Assembly: GCF_006345805.1 (NCBI RefSeq)
Contig: NC_042998.1
Coordinates: 92,194,001-92,258,000 of the forward strand
Origin: Octopus sinensis
Taxonomy: Eukaryota
DNA length: 64,000 nucleotides
Reading direction: 5' to 3'
Both the position numbers and the translations under genes were made by a program. The notes beneath the pieces were generated by a model, which saw only the letters and a program-made list of their open reading frames with translations, was not told the DNA's origin and searched no databases. Shown here piece by piece: positions 11,481 through 23,036 of this stretch. Position 1 is the first letter of the stretch, and each line of letters opens with the position of its first letter.

Positions 11481-12228
11481 TATTACATAACAGTAAATAT
11501 ATATTAAGTTGTTTTATGGTAAAATGATACTAACTGAAATAACCTTTATCTTAAATATGAATATTTAAAAAAGTATCATGAATATTTTTCAACCTGTTAG
11601 TAACAGAATCATTTTTTACGTTATTGTTTAGTTTGGGAAAACAGATTTAGAACATGTTTTTATAATTTGTTTAGCCATAATTTTTACTCCATTTTTATAC
11701 TTCAGTATAAAGGATGTAAATTTATTAAAAAATCTGAATAGCAGTTCAAATTTAGCTGTCCACTAGAAATTTTATGTATTCACTTGTAAATGAAAAGAAG
11801 CTGCAATTTGTATTAATTCCAACAGTAATCAATATCCAAGTTTAAGAAGTTCATGTACAAGAAAATGAGGCCATAGTCAATTAAAATCACATTTAAACTG
11901 CAAATAAACATCTGTTAAGCACTCTAAGATCATAACTTCACCTAATATTATTTTTCTACCTCATCTAGATTTATTCTTAATCGTTAATATTCTTAGCTCT
12001 GTCTATATTTATTGTTAAATATTTTCTGAGATTGTTCTCTGTATTTTGAAGGATCTCAAATGTTTGAATTTCTTACTTTTTAACACCAAACGAGTTCTGT
12101 GGTCTCAAAGGATGAATTTAATGTCCAGTAGCACATGCCATTTGCAGTATATTTTTTTATTCCTTTTTTATCCTATGGTATTTAAAATTATTTAAAATGT
12201 GAAGCTTAACTTTGTAGGAACTTTCTGT

Positions 12229-12261
<33 letters not shown>

Positions 12262-12563
12262 TTATATTTTTCACCAATTCCTCTTTTAATTGTTTAGCTA
12301 TTTTTATTCTCTGTTGCTTTTTGGACCAATGTCAGGATATTCCCCTTTTCCCTCCGTTTCTTTCTCTGTTGAAGGTCAGGCTTGCCTTGAATGAGAAAGA
12401 GAATCTTATAAGTTAAATAGATATTCTGAAATGAAACTAATCACATAGGGATCTTTGATATTGAACTCATTAGTGTTGATTCTGTAACAAATATGACTTA
12501 ATTACATTCTTATAGTGGTTGGCAGTACAAAGGTTATAGTACTGCTAATAGTACTGACTAAGC

Positions 12564-12874
12564 CAGGGGTTCCCAACCATTTTTTATCTATGGACCATTT
12601 TGATTACTATTTTATTCTGGTGGACCCCTGTAGCCATGCAATGTTTAAAAACTAGTTTTATAGAAACTACTTTCATAATTCCTATTTTGTATTTCACACA
12701 TTAACTTGTGTAGGTTGAACTATGTAGAATTTTAGAGAAAGAAACCTAGCATGCCAATACATGCATCTGAAGCAAAATTTGTTTAGGGGGCCTTAAAATA
12801 CTGTTGTGGATCTCCAATTCACTATTTTCTTACATGGACCACTTAAAATCTTATACAGATCCTCAGAATCACTA
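12564..12874. mobile_element. hAT (Charlie-like) MITE
   Basis: Left TIR CAGGGGTTCCCAAC; 8-bp TSD GACTAAGC (12556-63) / GACTAAAC (12875-82); homologous to 50288-50637. Confidence 0.85.
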
Positions 12875-13847
12875 GACTAAACCAATATACAACTTATTAA
12901 ATTTTGAGAATGATTGAAAAATTGATTTAAATTTCATCTAAAAATAGATTCAGCTCTGTACCACTATCTGTTTATAATGAAGTAACATCTGTTTTTCACT
13001 TTTCTTTCCAGTTTACCTTTATCTAAAACTGTATGTTTATAATTTCATTGATACTCATGAGGCAGTTTGTGTTTGAAAGAATACATGTATCTGTAAAAGG
13101 TTTTGTAATTATATTTGAAAAGTATGCATAGTCATCATTTTACGCACTCATTTTTTTTAGTGTTTTATTTCATTACTACAGTCTTGTTTGTCATTAAATT
13201 GAATTAATTTGAAATAAAAGTTAATACTATCTAGTGTAATTTGTCCCTCTTTTGAAAGATAACTTTTGTTTATAGCTTTGATTATTTATAATGTCTATTT
13301 ATATACCTTGAATATATTGAAGGCTTACATATAATTAAAAGTACTTTTATTGTAGAATTCACTTCTTACTTGAGGCTAAACATCATATTGTATGTTTTAA
13401 TGACGGTCTTGATTTATTGGAATATTTTCCTTATTAGAGATTCAGGAGTCTGTATCTAGCTTCATTGTCTCTCCTTTTTATCATATATGTCCTTTCAATA
13501 TCCCTGTCAGCTGTATGGTATTATGCCAGAACTTGTAATGAAATAGATATTTTATGAATCAATGTCTTTGTATTTTTAAAAAGATATATTTCTTTTGTTT
13601 GAATTTTTAGTCAACATCTCCATTTGGAAATTTAAAAAATTTGTTTATTAAGATATTTTTTTTCAATATGAAGGTATGTAGTGAAAAAAAATGTTTTCTT
13701 GGTACAAGCAAATGTTTTGTTAGTGTCATCTTTTCAATGCATTCTGTGCAAGTGTATGGAAAAATGATCGACATCTCCTAACCAGTTAATGAAAACCTAA
13801 AAAGGAAAATGACATTTATCTGAAAAGTTGTTACAGATATTCCTTAA

Positions 13848-14067
13848 CCCTTTTGTTATCATATTTCTGTTGAGATGCTCTGTTTCTTTCAATTAATTTA
13901 AAATATAACAAAGAATTTAGTAAAATAACTTAGTTATCATTAAGCTAGTGTTAGGAACATAAATTGTGACTAAGGTTTGGTGGAAAATTTTAATTCATAA
14001 CTTTTGAAAACAAGACATTTGTACTACAGAGCCAGAGGCTGTTTCAGCCGGGTTGGTATCAAAAGGG
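13848..14067. mobile_element. piggyBac-type MITE (220 bp), inverted relative to 7106-7325
   Basis: TTAA TSDs at 13844-47 and 14068-71; reverse complement aligns with 7106-7325. Confidence 0.9.
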
Positions 14068-14404
14068 TTAATTTATCCATTTTGTAAGAAGATCGTTGAT
14101 TCCAGTTTTGTTAAACTACAAACTGCTCATTAGTTTTCTAGCTGTTTCAATACTCCACCTATAAGTCTCAACTTGTTTAACTTTTAAATAGAATGATAAG
14201 CAAATGCTTTTGGGCCACAACAACTATGATGTGGTATAAACAATAAAATCTTCATTTCAAGAGGTTGATACTGAATTTATGTGATCAAATTATTTAAAGT
14301 ATTAACCACATAGATTTATGGTTCTGGAACCGTCAATCATTTATCTAACAGCAATGGCCAACAATTTAATCATTGTCTAACTAGAAATGGAGTATCCAAC
14401 TGAT

Positions 14405-14730
14405 TTGCATGAAGTCACTCACAAACATTCCAGCCTCTTAGGTTTCCTCTCTCTACCTTTTCTACTGCTTCTATTATGGCCTCTGCTTCTTGGGTCTGGT
14501 TGGTTCATGCCACTTCTGCTTAAATATTCCTGTTCTAGATCTCCCTTCACCCTTGTTGCATCCAACCTCTTAGTGCCCCCCTCCTAACCCTGTCACTATG
14601 TGCAGCCCTTCCATCCCAGAATGTCAGCTCCATGAATTCCCTCCCTCTCTAAGTCTTTTCTGTCAGAGATCGCTTACAAATATTGAAGAGTAATATGGTA
14701 TTGACCAGGCACTGCTCTTTACTCTAGATT
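14405..14730 (+). mobile_element. CR1-like LINE 3' fragment
   Basis: Frame SLYLFYCFYYGLC and PRMSA..NSLP..VFSV, matching 22590-23035 and the LFYRYYxGLCSSEL-type C-terminal motif. Confidence 0.6.
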
Positions 14731-16822
14731 CAGTAAGTAAAAAAAAAAAAAAGAAAGAAAGAAAGAAAGAAAAAAAAGGCTAATAGCTACTAGGTTGAAA
14801 CTACACCATTCCTTATTCCACTCTGTCGATATGGTTTGTGGTTAAGATCAAACGATAAAAGCAATGTATGAATCAATATGCTACTTAATTTAGAAATACC
14901 CCAACATTAAAAAATGATTGTTCAAAGAAAGAAATTCAGTTAAAATTAATCATCTATTTTAATCACCTTTTTAATATAATAATTATATGGATACATATTC
15001 ACTTAAACTGAAGTATAAATGTAATAAATATCCAATTACTTGATTTTAAGAAAAAATGAGCTTGTGATATTCTTCCCCTTCCAAAGGGGTTTTGTGAGAG
15101 TGAGTGAAATAGATATAACCTGGTGGAATTGAACTAGTGTCACAAATTATCACCTTAGTTCTTGCTTTCATTACTTAACAAAATAACATACGTTTGAACT
15201 AAATTCTGATTATAGTTAGTCTAATTTTAAACTAAAAAATATGATAGGACAAGAAACCTTCTTTTGTGATAAAAATCTGATGAGTTGTCTATTATACGGT
15301 TGTTGTCATAAAGCTTTTGATTTAAAATCTAGCAAGTAGATGATTTATTTAACCCCAGATAGGGTCCAACAAAATTTGTTCACCTCACAAGCTTAGTATC
15401 ATCTGTTTAAGTAAGGAGTTATTGTTTGTTTACAGTTGTTTGAGATTTTGTGAGGAAAATTTGTCAGAATGAAGCGTTAATGTATTTGGATTTCTCAGTC
15501 ATTTAAACCATTAAACAACTTTGATATGAGACAAAGTTGGAGCATTTGAAATAAAGCAGATGTGCATTGGAATGGTATATTGGAATTTACACAATGTTAG
15601 AAGTTGAATGCTGTACTAATTCAATCTTGAGTACAGCAAAATTGGTTTTGAATATTGTTCAGAGTTTGTGATAAATTTTCTGCATTATGAAAATAAAATA
15701 CATGTACTTCCTTTGAGGAAATATAAATTTAATTTCCTCATTGTCCAGTCCAAAAATATTGGAGATTTCTACAATGACCAAATTGTGCAAGACTGTTGTT
15801 TCAAATATATATGTTTCTTGATAACATAAGTAATACCTGTCGGTTGAGGATGATTTAACTTCTATGGATCTACATGTGAGTACATTGTCCATTGTAACAC
15901 TCACATGTCTGGTCATAGACAAATCATTTTTTGTCTCACATAAATGATGCTATGATCATTACTGGTCACTCCATGTTTGTTACTGAGATGTTCAGTTTTT
16001 GATGTGTTGGGCTGTGTCAAATGATTTATTTCCTCACATTTCAGTTATTTACTCTTGATTCCCATTCATACAAATTGAAGTCACTCTTTTACAAATTTCA
16101 TTCAACTCTTTGTCTAGCAATTCTATAACTTTGGCTTAAGTGTCCATGTTTATTTTCAGACTTTTAGTTGGCCCTTGTTGCATATGTTCTGAGTAATATA
16201 AAATTTTCCTTTCATTTCTTGAAGACAGAATAAATGCTACGAAGCATTTTGCCCGACATGCTAATGATTCTGTCAGCTTGCCACCTTCATATTCCAAATG
16301 AATTTGGACCAATGTAGATTACAAAAATTACAAACCTTACTATTTCTTAAATTTAAACCTCCTTAAAGGCCAATACAAGATTAGGAGCTTTGATCTTTTG
16401 TAGTTGTATAGGAATTCCAAAGATTCTCATTTGCCAGTTCTCTGTCATTACCTGCTTTCTTTTTCTCTTTTGTAGAACTGATTGTAACTACATTGTACAT
16501 AGTATTACTACATACTTTATTTCAATATTAAAAAAAGAAAATGAGACAAATCTTGGGTTTTAAATTTCTGATTTTTATTGAATTCATTAATCCATTTTTC
16601 CATGCTTGCATGGGTTAGACAAATGTATTACCGAGGCACTGTTTTACAGCTGGATGCCTTTCCTGTTACTAAGCTTTACCTATTCATCATGTCTTATTTT
16701 TCATGTCTTTCAAGGGCAATGCCAGTGAACGATTAGTTGACAGGAGAAATGACAACAACATTTCTGCTTTGTAACTCAGTTTCCTGAAAAGCATGAATGT
16801 AAATAAACACACACACACACGT

Positions 16823-16986
16823 GTGTAGGTACAGGCATGGCTGTGTGGTTGAGAAGTTTGGTTCCCAACCACATGGTTTTGGATTCAGTTCCAATGTGCT
16901 ACACTTTGAGCAAGTGTCTGACATAAGCCTTGGGCTGCCCAAAAGCCTTGTCAAGGAATTTAGTAGTCAGAAACTGAAAACCCATC

Positions 16987-16990
<4 letters not shown>
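16823..16990 (+). mobile_element. SINE family B 5' half
   Basis: CAGGCATGGCTGTGTGGTTGAGAAGTTTGGTTCCCAACCACATGG head, ends in (TA)n. Confidence 0.75.
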
Positions 16991-17019
<29 letters not shown>

Positions 17020-17025
17020 TCATCA

Positions 17026-17525
17026 TTTAACGTCTACTTTCCGTGCTAGCATGGGTTGGATGGTTCGACTTGGGTCTGGGAAGCTAGGAGGCTGCACCAG
17101 GCCCAGTCTGATCTGGCAGTGTTTCTACAGCTGAATGCCCTTCCTAACGCCAACCACTCCATGAGTGTAGTGGGTGCTTTTTATGTGCCAGGCGAGGCTG
17201 GCAATGGCCACGATCGGTTGGTGCTTTTTACGTGCCACCGGCATGGAGGCCAGTGGAGGCAGCACTGGCAACGACCACGTTCGGATGGCCCTTTTATGTG
17301 CCACCGGCACGGGTATCACAACTGCAATTTCCATTGATTTTTGATCGATTTCGATTTCACTTGCCTCAACAGGTTTTCGCAAGCAGAGTTTTGTGTCCCA
17401 AGAAGGAAAGGGCCACATTCGGATGCTCCCTTTACGTGCCACTGGCACTGGTATCACAACCACAATTTCCATTGATTTTTGATCAATTTCGATTTCACTT
17501 GCCTCAACAGGTCTTTGCAAGCAGA
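17026..17525 (-). mobile_element. RTE 3' UTR fragment with internal duplication
   Basis: (CAT)n tail at 17027; shares 3' UTR motifs with 23037-23300; about 115-bp block present twice (about 17275-17390 and 17413-17523). Confidence 0.8.
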
Positions 17526-17639
17526 TATACGTATATATGTAATTACCTGTCTCATTCTTTGTTAGACTGTGTCTCTGCTGGGACACCACCTTGAAGAATT
17601 TTCAGTCATATGAATCAACCCCACTACTTATATATTTGA

Positions 17640-17760
17640 AGCTTGGTATTTATTCTTTCAGTCTCTTAAATGTTGAATTGCCAAGTTACAGAGACGTTAA
17701 ATACACCAACACTGGTCATCAATTGGTAGTGGGGAACAGTCACAAAAACAAACACACACA

Positions 17761-17806
<46 letters not shown>

Positions 17807-17974
17807 CACACACACAAATGTGATAGGCTTATTTCAGTTTTCACCTGCTAAATCCACTCGCAAAGCTTTGATTAGCCTGAGGCTATAGTAGAAGACACCT
17901 GCCTAAGATGCCTCACAATGGGACTGAACTCAAGACCATCTGTTAGGGAAGCAAGCAAGCTTCCTGCCTGTGCT

Positions 17975-17975
<1 letters not shown>
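17640..17975 (-). mobile_element. SINE family B with internal (TG)n(TA)n(CA)n
   Basis: Reverse complement of 35473-35760. Confidence 0.75.
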
Positions 17976-18017
<42 letters not shown>

Positions 18018-19061
18018 ATGTGTGTGTCTCTCTCTCCCTCTCTATCTATATATGTTTTTAACAGTTGAACTCAAAGTAGATAAAGCTATAAATAATAGTG
18101 AATAAATATTGGGTTGAAAAATCTTTTGGAGAGAAAAAAAGCGAAGACTATCCATGCAATATATAAATATGTATGTGTCTGTGTTTACAATAATGCTCCA
18201 TAAAAGATGTTATGAGTGGTGTGTTGTTGCCACTTCTGTCAGCAACTAATTTGGTTTGGTTCCTACCTTCTTAGATGTAAGAAATAAGACATTTCCTACT
18301 TGAAGAATAAGTGAGAGTTGGAGACCTGAAGGGCATCAGGCATAGAGAAAACAGATGTAAAACTAACATATATGTACTCATACACATACATATATGTACA
18401 TATACACACTTAATATATTTATATGTACACTTGTGTGTGTATGTATAAATTGAAAGAATAGATATTTATTCCATTTGATGACAGCTGTTTCATAATCTGT
18501 GTTAGTCAAATAAGAAACTCTACATAATCTGTCTGTCTGTCTCTCTCTCACTCACACACATGCACATACATCCATTAATAAAATTGGACTGTAACATAAA
18601 GAACAGACTGCATTTCAGAATATTTCATGGCAAGTTAAAACACCAGACTCTACTAAATAGTTTCATTATAGAGTCACAGACAATAGATTTACCTCTTCAC
18701 AAATACCATGAATGGAGTTTACTAAGCAAGGACAACAAATATGAATTCAGAAAGATACAATAAAGAAATAAAGTAAATTCAATTAGATAAAAAAATAAAG
18801 ATAAAATAAGAAAAAGTTTATCATAAAGATTTGCTTTCTATAGATTTGATTGACCATCCTTATCTAATAAACCATATGATAACAAAAATAGAGAATAAAA
18901 TAAATAAGTAAACAAACAAATAAATAGAATGAAAAGTATGAAGGGGAATGTAGAAAAATAAATTGGGTTTGAAGATCGAGATAAGCAGTCTGGTATGTTA
19001 AAGACAATGTATTTATTTTAGTAGAGGTGAAGTGGCCCAATTTTGTTGTGTTCAGGATACT

Positions 19062-19251
19062 GGTTAAACAAGCAGTTGTTTGTTTGCTAGTTAAAGTCTA
19101 TTCGTTGCTGTTTGCAACCTTTTCAGTGACTTAATGACCTCCCCTTTCACTCAGATCTTGCAGTGAGAGGAGAGGTCACTAAATCATTGAAAAGGTCGTG
19201 AAAAGTAAAGAAAAAATTTTGATTAGCAAATAACTGATTGATTGTTTAACC
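19062..19251. repeat. Imperfect nested palindrome (foldback/MITE-like)
   Basis: Inner arms 19117-19151 / 19162-19196 (30/35 complementary); outer arms GGTTAAACAA...TTGCTA / TAGCAA...TTGTTTAACC. Confidence 0.8.
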
Positions 19252-20384
19252 AACACATTAAACAAACAATCAGTTAGTTAATTGGTTAGATATTTAACCA
19301 AATGACTAACACTAAAGAAGTGAAATTGGACCTGTGCATGTGTTATTATTGGCATAATGATCTTCAAACCCAAGACACAAAATTTGTTTCAACGCAAATT
19401 CCCATCAAGAATTTTGTGAGTCAAATGCAAAAATGAAGTGGCCTATACTATTGGAATTTCATGCACGGCTGATTTAGAAGGACAGACATGTCATTCTATG
19501 ACCATTGATAATTGCATATATATGACATGTTTTTGTTTTTTCATTTTGCATCTACCGATTCCACTCACAAAGCTTTGGTTGACTATAGTAAAAGACAGTT
19601 ATTTAAGGCGCTGCACCGCAAAACTGAACCCGAAGCATGAGGTTGGGGAACAGACTTTTCAACCACACATCCATGCATGTAAATTATAATGTCAGTTTGA
19701 CTTTAGCCAATATAATATATACATAGAAAGTATTACAGTTTTAATGATAAGAATAAAACTCTTCTTCATGCTGATAGCTAGGCTGGCTGCTTTATCTCCC
19801 GGTAGGAACAAATATTGACATACTTTTATTCATTTTTATGTTGAAAACCAGCATCTTATTTCTAGTTGTTGTTTAACCAACTGTTGGCATTGCTTCAAGC
19901 TTAACATCCTTGAACAAGAACTGTGTTGCAGATTACTTGCCAAAGACTTCTTTTTTTTCTATGTTTGTGTTTTCTCTAGAATATCTTGTGTAATAAGATA
20001 ACTAAAAAAATTCTGCCTGTAAACCCATGTATGCAAAATTTATTAAGATTACACACTTTGTAATTCATAATTAATAATATAGAATATACATCAAATAGGC
20101 ATATCGTTCATTAAAAGCTAAGTACTTTATATGTATACACATACACATGACAGCAAGGCTTCTTTCTGTTTCTGATTACCAAATTCACCCAGAAGGCTTT
20201 GGTCTGCATGTAGCTACTGTAGAAGGTACTCACCCAAAGTGCCATGCAGTGGTACTGAATCTGAAACCATAGGGCTGGAAAGTGAACTTCTTGACCACAC
20301 AATCATGTCTATTGTATATATCAACAGTTTTTAATTTCCATCTTTCATGCTGGCGTGCACTTACATGCATAATAGATACATAAA

Positions 20385-20612
20385 AAAGCACCATTTGAGC
20401 GTGGCTGATGCCAGTACCACCTGACTGGCTCCTGTGCCCATCACACATAAAAGCACCCACTATACTCTTGGAGTGGTTGGTATTAGGAAGGGCATCCAGC
20501 TGTAGAAACCTTGCCAAATCAGATTGGAGCCTGGTGCAGGCTCCAAACTTGTCAGTTCTCAGTCAAACTGTACAACCCATGCCAGCATGGAAAGCAGATG
20601 TTAAATGATGAT
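20385..20612 (+). mobile_element. RTE 3'-terminal fragment
   Basis: AGGAAGGGCATCCAGCTGTAGAAAC...CCCATGCCAGCATGGAAAGCAGATGTTAAATGATGATG. Confidence 0.8.
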
Positions 20613-21100
20613 GATATATAAAAGCAGTGTTATGCATGTAATTATGCACAAATATTTGTATTTGTAGATGTATAATTGTTATACACGTAATTACATGTCT
20701 GTTTAAGAAATTCAAATGTATCTATTTTGATTATACTTCAACATTTATTACTTGTATTGTTTGGCAATAACTTTTTGATTTATGCTTCTATATTAAATAT
20801 AAGATGCTATTTTAATTCAATTAATATTTTTCATTATTTTGGAAAACAAAATCAAATGCGGTATATAGTGTGTGTGTGTGTGTGTGTGTGTGTGAGTGGG
20901 TGGGGCTAGAAGTCGCGGGCTGCATAAACTTGTGATTTTGCTAGTGGCAACTGGTTTTCTTCTTTGTTCATTCTGCTGAGGGAATGGTGCCAGTGTCTGA
21001 AATGCGATGCTGTTTGGCAGCCAAATTTGTACTTCACATAGTCTTCATTAATGTGCATATTACTGAAGAAGACTGATGGGGAATTAAGTATGATCTGCTG

Positions 21101-21132
<32 letters not shown>

Positions 21133-22589
21133 GACACACACATACATATATGATGCTGTCAGTATATACTTAAATTGAAAATCTTCACTGACAAATAAAC
21201 TAAAAGGTGTCATGTATACTAACAGAAATATACATTGCAATTTGTTAACTAGATGTTCAGACAATGATAGTAAGTAGCTCTTACAACGAAGGTTATAAAG
21301 AATTTGTGATAGACTGAACATAGCTGCCAGATTAAATGTCAACATTGCTACTTTATGAGTCTGAAAGTCAGATAAGTGTAACTGATTAAAAAATACCAAA
21401 TAATCAGTTGAGAAAGGAAGATACTTGTCTGGTACTTGGTGAGCCAGGAAGGAGGTAGACCCAGGGAGTAAAAATAGACATGATGCAGAGATAGATACAG
21501 TGCTATGGAAGTTGTTACATGAAGTAAAAACTAAGGTTTCAAATACAATTTAAAGAAAAATCCATATACGGAATTGATCTCTCTTTCTCACCCCCTCTCT
21601 TTGTTATGTCTACAAATATTGGCTGTTGTGGACTTTCATGACAAAGTTTGAAGACTCATGATTTTATTTGTGAAAGATTCAGCATCAGTAGTTTTCCATT
21701 GCCTTCTGCTGGTTTGTTTACTGCTTACTTGAGAGGTTCTTCTGCTCCCCTGAGTTTACCATTGAGGCACAAGGCTTGTTTAACCTTTTGGTAAAAGGAC
21801 TGGTCATGTGACATCAATGTATGTACACACACACACACACGTCTTGTGTGCATTTGCCAATGGGTCATATTTAGGTTTTTGGCTTATAACTGGATCCTTT
21901 AACAGCCATTACCACTCCAGGTAAGAGTAAACCTGGGGGTAGTGGTGACTATATCATCTCACTCTCCAACATTTCTGAACTCCCTAGTTCTGGATGCCCC
22001 TGACCATATTTATATCATTAAATACCCATGACCATATCGATATCATCAAATGTAATACTTACAATTAGGTTTCTGTAGCAATTAGGTTTCTGTAACTGGA
22101 TAGGACATAATGGAAATTAGAATTGGAAGTGATTAGCAAGATTTAGTGTCAATGTCTCATAAAGTAATCATTTAAAAAGAAAGAAAGAACAATTATTAAT
22201 ATAAACATCTGATTACTCAGTCAATAGCTTTATTATCCATTCTAGTATTAAAATCTTTTCATGCAAAAGGCCATTTATGTTAAGTATCTGATTTATAACT
22301 TTCTTTAGTTCCTCAAGGACTTTGCTATTATTTCCTGGGGTTGTGTTTAAGACTTACAGTTCCATATTTAAAATTGTTCTATGAAGCCGGATGATGATAA
22401 TGATAATCATCATTTTTGAACCATTTGTTAAACATTTGCTATACATCATTTGTTTATGCATTGTGGTTATCTGCAATGTGCAAGTCTCATTGTTTTTTTA
22501 ATCTAACTTACCTACTACTAAGTTTCCCTTGGTATCCATAGTTATATAATATCTATTAGCATGTGTTTTTTGTTTTTAAACTTAATGCT

Positions 22590-23035
22590 TGCCGGGTTTA
22601 GAGGAAGGAGCAGTGCTCATGGCTTTGGTAAGTCCTCTTAGATTGATGTGGTTGATGCCTTTGTAAATTAATATCTACAGAAAAGACCTGAGTGGGGAGG
22701 GAATTTTAGAGAACTGACATTCCAGGAAGGAAAAACTGGGTTTAGTAATTGGTGTTGGGCCTCAACACAACATATGTGATGAGAGGAGTAGAGATGAGCC
22801 GGACAGGAATGCTTGAATGGTGCTGGTATGATCCCAGCCAGCACTGGGCATGAGAGGCCATTATTGTAAAAGTAGAAAGGTAAAGAGAGAAGCCAGCATG
22901 TCTATGAGTAAGAGGCTGGTGTGTATCTGTGAATGACTTTATGCCAAACAGTTGGGTGGCTCTTTTCTGGATGGAGTTTAGGATGTTCATTTGTACAACA
23001 GTGGCACTATCCCAGATGTAAGATCAATACTCATT
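22590..23035 (-). mobile_element. CR1-like LINE 3' fragment
   Basis: Minus translation ...SYIWDSA...LNSIQKRATQLFGIKSFTDTHQPLTHR...NSLPTQVFSVDINLQ, typical of the post-RT region of CR1-group LINEs. Confidence 0.7.
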
Positions 23036-23036
23036 A

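Noticed and set aside
12938-12947. Perfect MEF2 site CTAAAAATAG (also 33469 and 53849)
   Set aside because: Expected by chance at roughly this frequency in 64 kb of AT-rich DNA.
13611-13673. AG...AAG|GTATGT 63-nt exon candidate
   Set aside because: Open only in phase 0-0, which is incompatible with the phase-1 upstream donor.
17125-17594. Long overlapping ORFs (154 aa, 120 aa) with internal repeat
   Set aside because: Derived from duplicated RTE 3' UTR, not protein-coding.
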